From contig CAZLVG010000002.1 in assembly GCA_964562905.1 (NCBI GenBank), positions 1 through 36,596 on the forward strand: a stretch of 36,596 bases of DNA, written 5' to 3'. Position numbers and translations under genes: made by a program. Shown here in pieces: positions 17,138 through 24,698 of the stretch (positions are counted from its first letter, which is position 1; each line of letters opens with the position of its first letter). The notes beneath the pieces are model-generated. The model was not told the origin of the DNA. It saw nothing but the letters and a program-made list of their open reading frames with translations, and made no database searches. This DNA comes from an uncultured Candidatus Saccharibacteria bacterium (GTDB lineage: Bacteria; Patescibacteriota; Andersenbacteria; UBA10190).

Positions 17138-17178
17138 CAGTGGTTTAAAAATTGGAAATTGGAATTTAACCTTCAGTC

Positions 17179-18600
17179 ATGGCTTCCATACTGACTAACA
17201 CCGCCGCCGCCGCGGTAGGCAGGGGTGTTAATGTGGCTTTAGGCGTTGTTATCCTGTCGTTGATATCGCGGTTTTTGGGGGCGGCCGAGTATGGAGTCTA
17301 CGTCTTATTATTGTCCTACGGCGCCCTGCTGCAGGTGGGAGCCGATCTTGGACTTTACCTGACCTTGTCGCGCGTCATAGCGTCCCGCAGCCCGACACAG
17401 GAAAATTTTTACGCGTCCCATATAACGGCGTTAAGGCTGTTGTTACTGCTGGTGGTGTTCGGTGCCGGCTGGGCGGCGACCCTGATGATACCTTCCCTGC
17501 GCGGAGTAGCCGCGGTTTATCCGTTGGTGGCCTTGGGTTATTCGGCGCAGTCGTTAAGCCAGCTAATGATGAGCGTCTATCAAAAGCACGGTACGGTGTG
17601 GCGCGCTTCGGGGGGCGATTTGGCCGGCCGGACAGTTCAGCTGGCAGGCATTATAATAATCGGCGCGGCCAACGCCACCCTGGCCTCCATGACAGCTCTT
17701 TTTACCGTGGGGCTTGCCGCCGCTGCCTACCTTCACCGCCGCTTTTTGCCGCCTCATATAAACTTGAAACCCTCCTTTGCCTGGAATGTCTGGCGGCGGC
17801 TGGCAGCTTCTTCCTGGCCCTGGGGAGCGGTGTTAGTTTTCAACGCTGTATATTTTCGCCTAGACACCGTCATCCTGTCACTGTACCACCCTACCGAGCA
17901 GGTGGGCCTTTATGGTTTGGCTTACAGGTTGGTGGAGTCTACTCTCTTCCTGCCCGCCATGTTCGGGGGGCTGATGCTGCCCCGTCTGGCTGCCGCCTGG
18001 AACGAAGGCCGCCTGTTTTCTTTCCGGCAATATGCGGCGCAGGGGATGGCGGCTGTGGCTTGGGCGGCGGTGTTAGCCGTGCTGACGGCGGCCATGTTGG
18101 CTGGAGCCATAATTGAACTCATCTCCGGCTCTGCTTACGCGGACGCCGCGCCGCTTCTTAGCATTCTGTCTGTGGCGATGGGGTTAATGTTTGTGGGCAA
18201 CTTTACGGGTTTCAGCTTGGTCGCCGCGGGGCGGCGCCGTACCCTGCTGGTTATAGCCGCTGGTCTAGCCGCCGCTAATACTATCCTTAATTTTATTTTC
18301 ATTCCCGTTTACGGAGCCGCGGCTGCGGCCTGGACGACGGTCTTGACTGAGCTGGCCGCGGCCGGAGTGTCCGTGGCGGTACTGCTGCGGCTGAAGGCGC
18401 TGGTTGTGTCGCCTGTTTACCTGCTGCGGCTGGCGGCGGCGGGCAGCGTCCTGGCCGCTGTTTATGCTACTATTCCGGCCTCGTGGCCGGTGCTGGTAAC
18501 CATCTTTCTCGGCGCGGCCGCTTACCTGGCCGCCGGCGTTCTTACACGCTTGGTAACCAGGAAAAACATAAGTCTGCTGACAGAGCGCCGAACGCTGTAA
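17179..18600 (+). CDS. Polysaccharide/oligosaccharide flippase (MOP superfamily, Wzx/MurJ-like)
   Basis: 473 aa with roughly 12-14 hydrophobic helices. The N-terminal pattern ..VGRGVNVALGVVILSLISRFLGAAEYGVY is typical of polysaccharide biosynthesis flippases. Confidence 0.75.
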   Translation: MASILTNTAAAAVGRGVNVALGVVILSLISRFLGAAEYGVYVLLLSYGALLQVGADLGLYLTLSRVIASRSPTQENFYASHITALRLLLLLVVFGAGWAATLMIPSLRGVAAVYPLVALGYSAQSLSQLMMSVYQKHGTVWRASGGDLAGRTVQLAGIIIIGAANATLASMTALFTVGLAAAAYLHRRFLPPHINLKPSFAWNVWRRLAASSWPWGAVLVFNAVYFRLDTVILSLYHPTEQVGLYGLAYRLVESTLFLPAMFGGLMLPRLAAAWNEGRLFSFRQYAAQGMAAVAWAAVLAVLTAAMLAGAIIELISGSAYADAAPLLSILSVAMGLMFVGNFTGFSLVAAGRRRTLLVIAAGLAAANTILNFIFIPVYGAAAAAWTTVLTELAAAGVSVAVLLRLKALVVSPVYLLRLAAAGSVLAAVYATIPASWPVLVTIFLGAAAYLAAGVLTRLVTRKNISLLTERRTL

Positions 18601-18656
18601 ATTGGAATTTGTGCGAGTCCGGGTTTGGCGGTTATTTGTACTTTGTGTTTTAGAAT

Positions 18657-19616
18657 TTGTATAAGAACGTTATGCCTTCGTGTGACGTGATAATGCCCGC
18701 CTATAATAACGCCGCCACCTTGCGCTACACGCTGCGGGCCCTTTTCACGCAGAAATTACTGCCTGGCTGGAGCCTTCGCTTGGTGGCTTCCGACGACGGC
18801 TCTTCCGACGGCACGGCTTCCCTGTTGAAAAAATGGCCGGCTCCGCGCGGCTGGCTGCCCACCGCGGTGGTGAGGGGGGCCCACACCGGCGCGGCGGGAG
18901 CCCGCAACCGCGGCCTGGCTTTAAGCCGAGCCGATATTGTGTTGCTGCTGGGCGCCGATATAATTTTAAGACCCGGCGCCTTGGCTGCCCATCTTCATTT
19001 TCACGCCGCGCGTCCCGGGCGGCGCACCGCGGCCTTGGGGATGATCAAGTGGGACCCGCGCCTTAAGCCGTCGCCGCTGATGGAGTGGCTGGCGCACGGC
19101 GGACCTCAAAATAATTTTGACGGTTTATTGGGTCAAACAACTGCCGACCCTCGCCGTTTTTTTTACGGTTCACACTTATCCCTTAAGCGTTCCTTGCTCG
19201 GCGCTAAACCCTTTTCAGAAGCCTTTCGCCGCTATGGGTGGGAAGACGCTGAACTGGGCCGCCGTCTGGCCGCGAAGGGCTTGAGGCTGCATGTTTTACA
19301 CCGCGCCCGCTCCCTGCATCGGCACTTCTACGCGGCGAGCGACGTGCGAAGGCGCCAGCACTCCGTGGGGCTCAATGCCGTCATTTACCAAAGCCACTAT
19401 CCCCGTCAGAAAATAATTCCTTCCCTGTCGCCACTCCAGGCGGCTAGGTATAGGTTGATGGCGGCCTGGCCGGCGTTGTCAGCGCTGTTTTGGGTAATCA
19501 AGATATCGGATGGCCGCTTGTCTCTGCCGCGCCTGTTTTCTCAGGCCGCCCGCGCCGGTTTCTGGAGGGGGGTGTATAAGGGGAGAAAACACTTCAAGAC
19601 AAAGTTATCCCCATAA
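18657..19616 (+). CDS. Glycosyltransferase family 2
   Basis: VIMPAYNNAATLRYTLRALFTQ ... SDDGSSDGT ... GAAGARNRG is the GT-A/GT2 N-terminal pattern. The start may be the ATG at 18672. Confidence 0.85.
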   Translation: MYKNVMPSCDVIMPAYNNAATLRYTLRALFTQKLLPGWSLRLVASDDGSSDGTASLLKKWPAPRGWLPTAVVRGAHTGAAGARNRGLALSRADIVLLLGADIILRPGALAAHLHFHAARPGRRTAALGMIKWDPRLKPSPLMEWLAHGGPQNNFDGLLGQTTADPRRFFYGSHLSLKRSLLGAKPFSEAFRRYGWEDAELGRRLAAKGLRLHVLHRARSLHRHFYAASDVRRRQHSVGLNAVIYQSHYPRQKIIPSLSPLQAARYRLMAAWPALSALFWVIKISDGRLSLPRLFSQAARAGFWRGVYKGRKHFKTKLSP

Positions 19617-19658
19617 ATATTAAAGTTGTCCACAAAGTTTTCCACTTATGTATCCACA
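19605..19658 (+). promoter_or_regulatory. Four same-orientation DnaA-box-like 9-mers (three with an AAAGTT prefix) between two GT genes
   Basis: TTATCCCCA at 19605..19613, TTGTCCACA at 19626..19634, TTTTCCACT at 19638..19646 and GTATCCACA at 19650..19658. Start-to-start spacings are 21, 12 and 12 nt. The cluster spans the stop of one GT gene and the start of the next. Confidence 0.45.
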
Positions 19659-20481
19659 AACCAGGAAATATTATGCCATTATTGTCCACCATGGCGACGG
19701 CGCCTTCACTGACGGTACGGTGGCTTCCTTAAAGAGCTGTACTCCTCCGCCCGACAAAATAGTGGTGGTTGACCACGGCGAACATTCGTACATAGCTCCG
19801 GAAACGGCTGGCAAACTCACCGCGGTGGTCCGGCCGCGGCAGAACACAGGTTATGCCGGCGGAATTAATACGGGGCTTGGTTGTTTAGTCGCTTGGGGAG
19901 CTGGGGAGCACGACATGGTGGCGCTTATGAACAATGACGTTATCGTTGATCCCCTGGTTTTTGATAAAATAGGGCGCTGGCAAGCGGCTAACCGGGCGGA
20001 CGCCGTTCTGGGAGCCGGACGCAGCCGCGTCAACCTTTGGACCGGCCGCACCAGTGTGGGCAAGGCCGCCAGCCGAAGGTATCATCTGGCCTACCTGGAC
20101 GGCGCGTTTTTAGCCGCCTCCCTAAGCGTGTTTTTAAGGATGCGGGGTTTGCCCGATCACTATTTTATGTACTGGGAGGATGTTCTTTTCAGCCGGCGCC
20201 TGGTCCGGCGCGGCGTTCAGTTGCGCGCCGAGCCGGCTATAGCTCTTCGCCACCGATCTTCCCGCCTGCGGGAGGGGAGTGATAAGACTTATTATCTGGT
20301 CCGCAACGGCGCGCTGTTTCTAGAGCAAGAAACAGCGCTTCCCTGGCGGGTTTACTGGCGGCTGGCCAACCGGTTGCGGCTTCTGTATCACGCGGTCAGG
20401 CGCCATCGGCCGCCCGCGGTACGTCAAGCCCTTTTAGACGCCGCGCGCGGCGTGAGCGGCCCGCGAAAAAAGCGGCCATGA
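19648..20481 (+). CDS. Glycosyltransferase family 2 (rhamnosyltransferase-like)
   Basis: YAIIVHHGD, GYAGGINTG and YFMYWEDVLFSRRLVRRG match the GT2 pattern with the ED motif. Confidence 0.8.
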   Translation: MYPQTRKYYAIIVHHGDGAFTDGTVASLKSCTPPPDKIVVVDHGEHSYIAPETAGKLTAVVRPRQNTGYAGGINTGLGCLVAWGAGEHDMVALMNNDVIVDPLVFDKIGRWQAANRADAVLGAGRSRVNLWTGRTSVGKAASRRYHLAYLDGAFLAASLSVFLRMRGLPDHYFMYWEDVLFSRRLVRRGVQLRAEPAIALRHRSSRLREGSDKTYYLVRNGALFLEQETALPWRVYWRLANRLRLLYHAVRRHRPPAVRQALLDAARGVSGPRKKRP

Positions 20482-20645
20482 GCTCACTGGCGCGTGAACA
20501 CTTTAATCGTATTTCTAATATTATCAGCCAAGTTGAAATGATGCGGGGCGGAAGACAAGTCACGCCGCCGCTTGTCTTTCCACGGACAAAGCGCGGCCGC
20601 GTTCGCCCGCGGTTGCTTTTTATACCGCTGCCGGACCACACTTAA
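20478..20645 (+). CDS. Candidate 55-codon gap-filling ORF (hypothetical)
   Basis: Below the ORF-track size cutoff. The ATG overlaps the upstream GT stop (ATGA), and the TAA lies 3 nt before the next GT ATG. Product: MSSLAREHFNRISNIISQVEMMRGGRQVTPPLVFPRTKRGRVRPRLLFIPLPDHT. No family recognised. It competes with a hairpin/T-run at 20593..20622. Confidence 0.3.
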   Translation: MSSLAREHFNRISNIISQVEMMRGGRQVTPPLVFPRTKRGRVRPRLLFIPLPDHT

Positions 20646-20648
20646 AAC

Positions 20649-21371
20649 ATGAGCAAAGTCGGCGCCGTGGTGGTAACTTACAACACGCCGCCGGACACTG
20701 TGCGCCGATGCCAGGACAGCCTGCGCGCGGCCGGCGTGAGGGACATCTCCCTGGTTCGCAACACTCCGGCTGACAATCCCGGCTTTGCCTCTTCCGCCAA
20801 CCGGGGCGCCGGCCGGCTTAGGAATGACTATTTACTGTTCATTAACCCCGACGCCGTACTGGCGCCTGCGTCGCTGGCCGCGGCGCAACAACACTTAACG
20901 CACCACGCCAGGGCCGGTGCGGTTGGTTTTCTTTTAGTCTCTCCGGACGGCCGGGCGGAGACGTACTCCTTCGGGCCGTCCGTTACGCCTGTCTCCCTAA
21001 TCACCAGACATTTGGCCAAACCAGATGTTCCCCGCCGGCCCACTCCGGTCGGTTGGACCTCGGGTGGAGCCTTGATGATACGCCGCCGGCTTTTCGAGAG
21101 GCTAGGCGGCTTTGACCCGCGTTTTTTTATGTACTGGGAAGACGTTGACCTGTGCCGGCGGCTCCGTCAAGCCGGCTGGCAAGTGGTGCTTGTTCCTCAA
21201 GCTAAGGCGATACACAGCCGCGGGGCCAGTTTGACTGACAAAGGGCGTAAGACGCAGCTGTACGACGAATCGGCTGACAAGTATTTCTGTAAGCACTATC
21301 CTGCAATGATATGCTTTTTAACGCGCTGGAGCCGCTTTCTTTACCGCTTCTTTTCACCGCGGGCGCGCTAG
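20649..21371 (+). CDS. Glycosyltransferase family 2
   Basis: GAVVVTYNTP, GFASSANRGA and FFMYWEDVDLCRRLRQAGWQV. It is a paralog of the preceding GT. Confidence 0.85.
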   Translation: MSKVGAVVVTYNTPPDTVRRCQDSLRAAGVRDISLVRNTPADNPGFASSANRGAGRLRNDYLLFINPDAVLAPASLAAAQQHLTHHARAGAVGFLLVSPDGRAETYSFGPSVTPVSLITRHLAKPDVPRRPTPVGWTSGGALMIRRRLFERLGGFDPRFFMYWEDVDLCRRLRQAGWQVVLVPQAKAIHSRGASLTDKGRKTQLYDESADKYFCKHYPAMICFLTRWSRFLYRFFSPRAR

Positions 21372-22777
21372 CGCTCCTGGCCGGCCCGTGGCTGGTCCTC
21401 CGGCCCCGGCTGGCGGTGGCTTTTTTACTCTTCTCCCTGGTGTTGGGACAGACGGTTCGCTTTCCTCTGCCCGGACAAGGGGGCGGCCTGCTCATCAGCG
21501 ACCTCGCCGTGGTCATAGTTTTGTTTGCCGCCGTATTTTGGTCATTTAGTCATTGGGACTTGACTGGTCATTTGTCATTGGTCATTGGGATTTTTTTAGC
21601 CTCCTTCATCCTCTGGTCTCTCTTCACTCTCATAATCCACATTCCTGAACTGGGACTCCACAACACCACTATCGCTTTCTCTTATTGGCTACGTCTCACC
21701 AATCACCTCCTTCTCTTGCCGGCCCTACTCATCCTTTTTCAAGATACCCGCCTCGCTACCACCGCTCGCCGGGGATTAATTTTCGCCACAACTATTCTTG
21801 TCCTCCTGGGTTTTCTTCAACTGTGGCTAGTTCCTGATTTTACAGTCTTAACCAAACTAGGCTGGGATCCCCACCAGAACCGCCTCACTTCCACCTGGCT
21901 CGACCCCAACTTCTTCGGCGCCTTCCTTGCCCTCACGCTGCCATTTGTTGTGGCTAACTTAGCAAGCGCCTGTCACAGCACACCCTGTTCGCTCATTCTC
22001 GGCCGCTCCAGCGGCGGCCTCCGAGGATCGAGGCCACCTCGCCCCACCTGCGGTGGGGACCAAGCCGAGGTGACCTCTCAATCCGCTCACAGGACGTACC
22101 GTGCGGCGCTTGCCTTGTTGGCACTACTATTAATTATCATAATAATTGCCCTCCTCTTAACCCAATCCCGCGGCGCTCTTGTTGCCCTCGCCCTGTCAGT
22201 TCTTATTTTCTCTCCCCTGATTACCGCCAGGACTCTGCGCCGAGTTACTCCCGATCGGATCATGGCAATAATTAGCATTATCCTGCTTATACTCACTACT
22301 ATCACTATTTCCGCTATCTTCCTGCACGACCGCTTAATCGGACTGGCCACTTTGGACGCCACTGCCCAGCTGCGCCTGGTCGCCCTTAAAGAAACTTGGC
22401 GTCTAGTCGAGCAGAATGTCTGGCTGGGCGTCGGCTATAACGCTTATCAATTTGCCGCTGCCCGGGCCGGCTTAATAGCAAACTTCACCACCCACTCCCG
22501 CGCCGGCGCCGACAACAGCTGGCTGACGTTATGGGTAACCACCGGACTGCCCGGCGTGCTGCTGTTTCTTGTCCCCTGGGCTGTCGCGGGGCTTGTCTTG
22601 CTTAAAAAATGGCTGGCCGGCAGCCCCTATTCACTAGCTGCGCTTATCAGCCTGGGCGTATTGTTTATTGACAGCCAATTTATCAACAGCTTCTTGTACT
22701 CGCACTTGCTTATATCCCTAATAACAGTCATTGCTCTCGCGTTAGCTAAAGGCTATAGACTAAAGACTAATGACTAA
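21311..22777 (+). CDS. O-antigen ligase/polymerase-like (Wzy_C) membrane protein
   Basis: 488 aa and polytopic. LLLTQSRGALVALALS and the later ..ADNSWLTLWVTTGLPGVLLF resemble Wzy_C motifs. The 61-nt overlap with the upstream GT suggests a later start (for example the in-frame GTG at 21416). It contains a heptamer array and a GC-rich palindromic segment. Confidence 0.7.
   Translation: MLFNALEPLSLPLLFTAGALALLAGPWLVLRPRLAVAFLLFSLVLGQTVRFPLPGQGGGLLISDLAVVIVLFAAVFWSFSHWDLTGHLSLVIGIFLASFILWSLFTLIIHIPELGLHNTTIAFSYWLRLTNHLLLLPALLILFQDTRLATTARRGLIFATTILVLLGFLQLWLVPDFTVLTKLGWDPHQNRLTSTWLDPNFFGAFLALTLPFVVANLASACHSTPCSLILGRSSGGLRGSRPPRPTCGGDQAEVTSQSAHRTYRAALALLALLLIIIIIALLLTQSRGALVALALSVLIFSPLITARTLRRVTPDRIMAIISIILLILTTITISAIFLHDRLIGLATLDATAQLRLVALKETWRLVEQNVWLGVGYNAYQFAAARAGLIANFTTHSRAGADNSWLTLWVTTGLPGVLLFLVPWAVAGLVLLKKWLAGSPYSLAALISLGVLFIDSQFINSFLYSHLLISLITVIALALAKGYRLKTND
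21540..21593 (+). repeat. Heptanucleotide array, GGTCATT type, inside coding sequence
   Basis: GGTCATT T AGTCATT GGGACTT GACT GGTCATT TGTCATT GGTCATT GGGATTT. It is translated as FWSFSHWDLTGHLSLVIGIF. Confidence 0.8.
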
Positions 22778-22785
22778 AGGCTGAT
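22744..22785 (+). repeat. Heptanucleotide array (reverse-complement orientation of the AGTCATT type) spanning the ligase-1 stop codon
   Basis: GCTAAAG GCTATAG ACTAAAG ACTAATG ACTAAAG GCTGATG. The reverse complement of ACTAATG is a rotation of AGTCATT. The TAA stop lies at 22775..22777, inside the array. Confidence 0.8.
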
Positions 22786-22887
22786 GAATTCAAAACCCAG
22801 AGCTCAAATGCCAAATAAAATCCAAAACACCAAAGACCAAATATATAAGCGGCGCCGTCTTTAGATTTTTTAATTTTAGCCAGCCAT

Positions 22888-24234
22888 TTGACCTTTGGAC
22901 TTATGATTATCCTCTTTCTTTTTCCCGCCCTCGCTCTCTTTGCCTTCCTCTCCTATTATCACCACCAAACAGCCGTTATTCTTTTAGCCGCCCTGCTCCC
23001 GTCTTATCTGCTTCGCTTCTCCGCTTTTAGCCTGCCCACTAACTTTCTTGAATCAACCATTGTTATTGTCGTCCTCGTCGGCCTCATCCAACCAGCCGTC
23101 CGCTCCCGCTGGTCCACCGCTTGGAAAAACCTGTCCCTGCTCTTCACCCTGCTCGTTTTTTTATTTATTCTAGCCGCTTCCGTCTCTACCTACATTTCTC
23201 CCCACCCGTATACCAGCCTCGGCGTTCTCAAAAGCTGGATAATAGCGCCTATACTATTCGCCTGGTTGATTTACAGCAGTGGTATTGCCAGACAAAAAAT
23301 TATAAATGCGCTTTTAATCTCCGGCGTCGCCGTCTCCGTCATCGGCCTATTTCAAATATTCACCCTGGACAGAATAAAAAGTGTCTACGACGTTCCCAAC
23401 TCTCTCGCCCTGTTCCTCGCCCCTCTGTTAGTCTTGGCGCTTTGGCAAAAGCGCTGGCTATCTGTTATCCCCCTCGCTCTGGCTCTTGTTCTCACTCAAT
23501 CCACCTCCGCTCTTGTCGCCGTAACGCTCGCTCTTCTGCTCGGCATAATTCTTTTGGCTAATTTCTCCCGCCGCCGCCGCGCCCTTTACGCCCTCGCCTT
23601 ATTCTTTATCCTTGCCGCCTCCTACTTCTCCTCAACCGGCCGGCTGGCTTACCTGGCCAGTCATCCCAACTCCATCTCTGTGCGCCGGCAGCTGTGGTCG
23701 GTATCCTGGGAGCTGGTTCAAGAGCGTCCCCTCTTAGGTGTCGGCTTGGGCGCTTTTGAGCCGGCTTACCAGCAAAAACTGCATGAGCGTTTTGCCGCCT
23801 ACCACAGCACTCGTCCCGGCGGGGGGCAGGCTGCCCCGTTGCCGGAATTTGTTTTCCGCGATCCCCACAATTGGATACTGTCCTTTTGGCTCAACACTGG
23901 CTTGGCGGGCCTGCTGTCTTTCGCCGGCCTTCACGCTTTTACAGTCTGGCGGCTCGCCCGCCGTCTTCAGTTACCAGTTACCAGTTGCCAGTTGCCAGTT
24001 CCAGCTCTGGCCTTGCTGGCGCTGTTGCTGTTCGGCCTTACCGATACTATTTACTGGAAAAACGATTTGTCCGCCCTGCACTGGCTGCTGCTGGCTTGGT
24101 TGGCCGCTGACTGCGCGCGACGTGAAGCTGGGGCGAACAGTACCGCCCGCCTTACGGACTTAGTAACGGACGCGGGAAAGGCCTATAAGGGGGTTAAGAG
24201 CCGTCGTATTACGTCCTCAGCTTCACCAGATTGA
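22888..24234 (+). CDS. O-antigen ligase/polymerase-like (Wzy_C) membrane protein, second copy
   Basis: 448 aa and polytopic. LVLTQSTSALVAVTLALL and DPHNWILSFWLNTGLAGLLSF are Wzy_C-like. The track start at 22888 is a TTG, and the ATG at 22903 is an alternative. The 3' end overlaps the convergent pilin gene by 26 nt. Confidence 0.72.
   Translation: MTFGLMIILFLFPALALFAFLSYYHHQTAVILLAALLPSYLLRFSAFSLPTNFLESTIVIVVLVGLIQPAVRSRWSTAWKNLSLLFTLLVFLFILAASVSTYISPHPYTSLGVLKSWIIAPILFAWLIYSSGIARQKIINALLISGVAVSVIGLFQIFTLDRIKSVYDVPNSLALFLAPLLVLALWQKRWLSVIPLALALVLTQSTSALVAVTLALLLGIILLANFSRRRRALYALALFFILAASYFSSTGRLAYLASHPNSISVRRQLWSVSWELVQERPLLGVGLGAFEPAYQQKLHERFAAYHSTRPGGGQAAPLPEFVFRDPHNWILSFWLNTGLAGLLSFAGLHAFTVWRLARRLQLPVTSCQLPVPALALLALLLFGLTDTIYWKNDLSALHWLLLAWLAADCARREAGANSTARLTDLVTDAGKAYKGVKSRRITSSASPD
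23968..24002 (+). repeat. Heptanucleotide array, CAGTTAC type, inside coding sequence
   Basis: CAGTTAC CAGTTAC CAGTTGC CAGTTGC CAGTTCC, translated as LQLPVTSCQLPVP. This is a rotation/reverse complement of the GGTAACT unit that flanks the four-helix-bundle genes. Confidence 0.85.
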
Positions 24235-24664
24235 CGGCAATGGCGCGCAGTATGGCCCAGGCCAGCAGCGCCAAGATGATGCCCAATATAGCCGAGCCGA
24301 TCCACAACTTGGCCACGCGCACCCGGTCGCCGCTGCCGCCTGCCGTCATGTATATATAGCCGCCGATAAGAATACTGACCAAGGCGGCAATAATCGTTAG
24401 GACGATTATTGCCGTAACAAGAAGCTGAACCATTTTCCCGATGCCGCCGTCATCAAGTAGTTCACAAATACTTGTTCCTTTTTCCACGTCCAACAAACCG
24501 ACCTCTATTTTACCCCATGCGCAAGATGGAGTTGGAGTAGGGGAAGGAGAAGGAGAAGAAGCCGCCGCCGCGCCTTGAGCTACGGTCGCCAACACGACCA
24601 CCATGGCAGCGATGCTCATCAACCCCCTTTTTATAGATTTACTTGCCACTTTATTCTTTGTCAT
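24209..24664 (-). CDS. Putative type IV secretion system pilin (VirB2/TrbC-like, CPR-type T4SS_pilin)
   Basis: 151 aa with a signal peptide, a PSPSPTPTPS linker and Cys residues. Two hydrophobic helices flank a short loop: LVSILIGGYIYMTAGGSGDRVRVAKLWIGSAILGIILALLAWAIL. This is the pattern I associate with PF18895-type pilins. Confidence 0.65.
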   Translation of the reverse strand: MTKNKVASKSIKRGLMSIAAMVVVLATVAQGAAAASSPSPSPTPTPSCAWGKIEVGLLDVEKGTSICELLDDGGIGKMVQLLVTAIIVLTIIAALVSILIGGYIYMTAGGSGDRVRVAKLWIGSAILGIILALLAWAILRAIAVNLVKLRT

Positions 24665-24698
24665 CAGAGCTTTACTTTCTAACTTTACTACCGCTACA

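Noticed and set aside
20396-20641. Minus-strand 81-aa ORF in the GT-GT gap
   Set aside because: It is opposite in orientation to the whole + strand operon, overlaps the upstream GT 3' end, and has an Arg/Gly-rich product with no motif.
22846-22880. Terminator after ligase gene 1 (AAGCGGCGCCGTCTT followed by a T-run)
   Set aside because: The palindrome leaves only a roughly 5-bp stem with a bulge once a viable loop is allowed. This is too weak to call.
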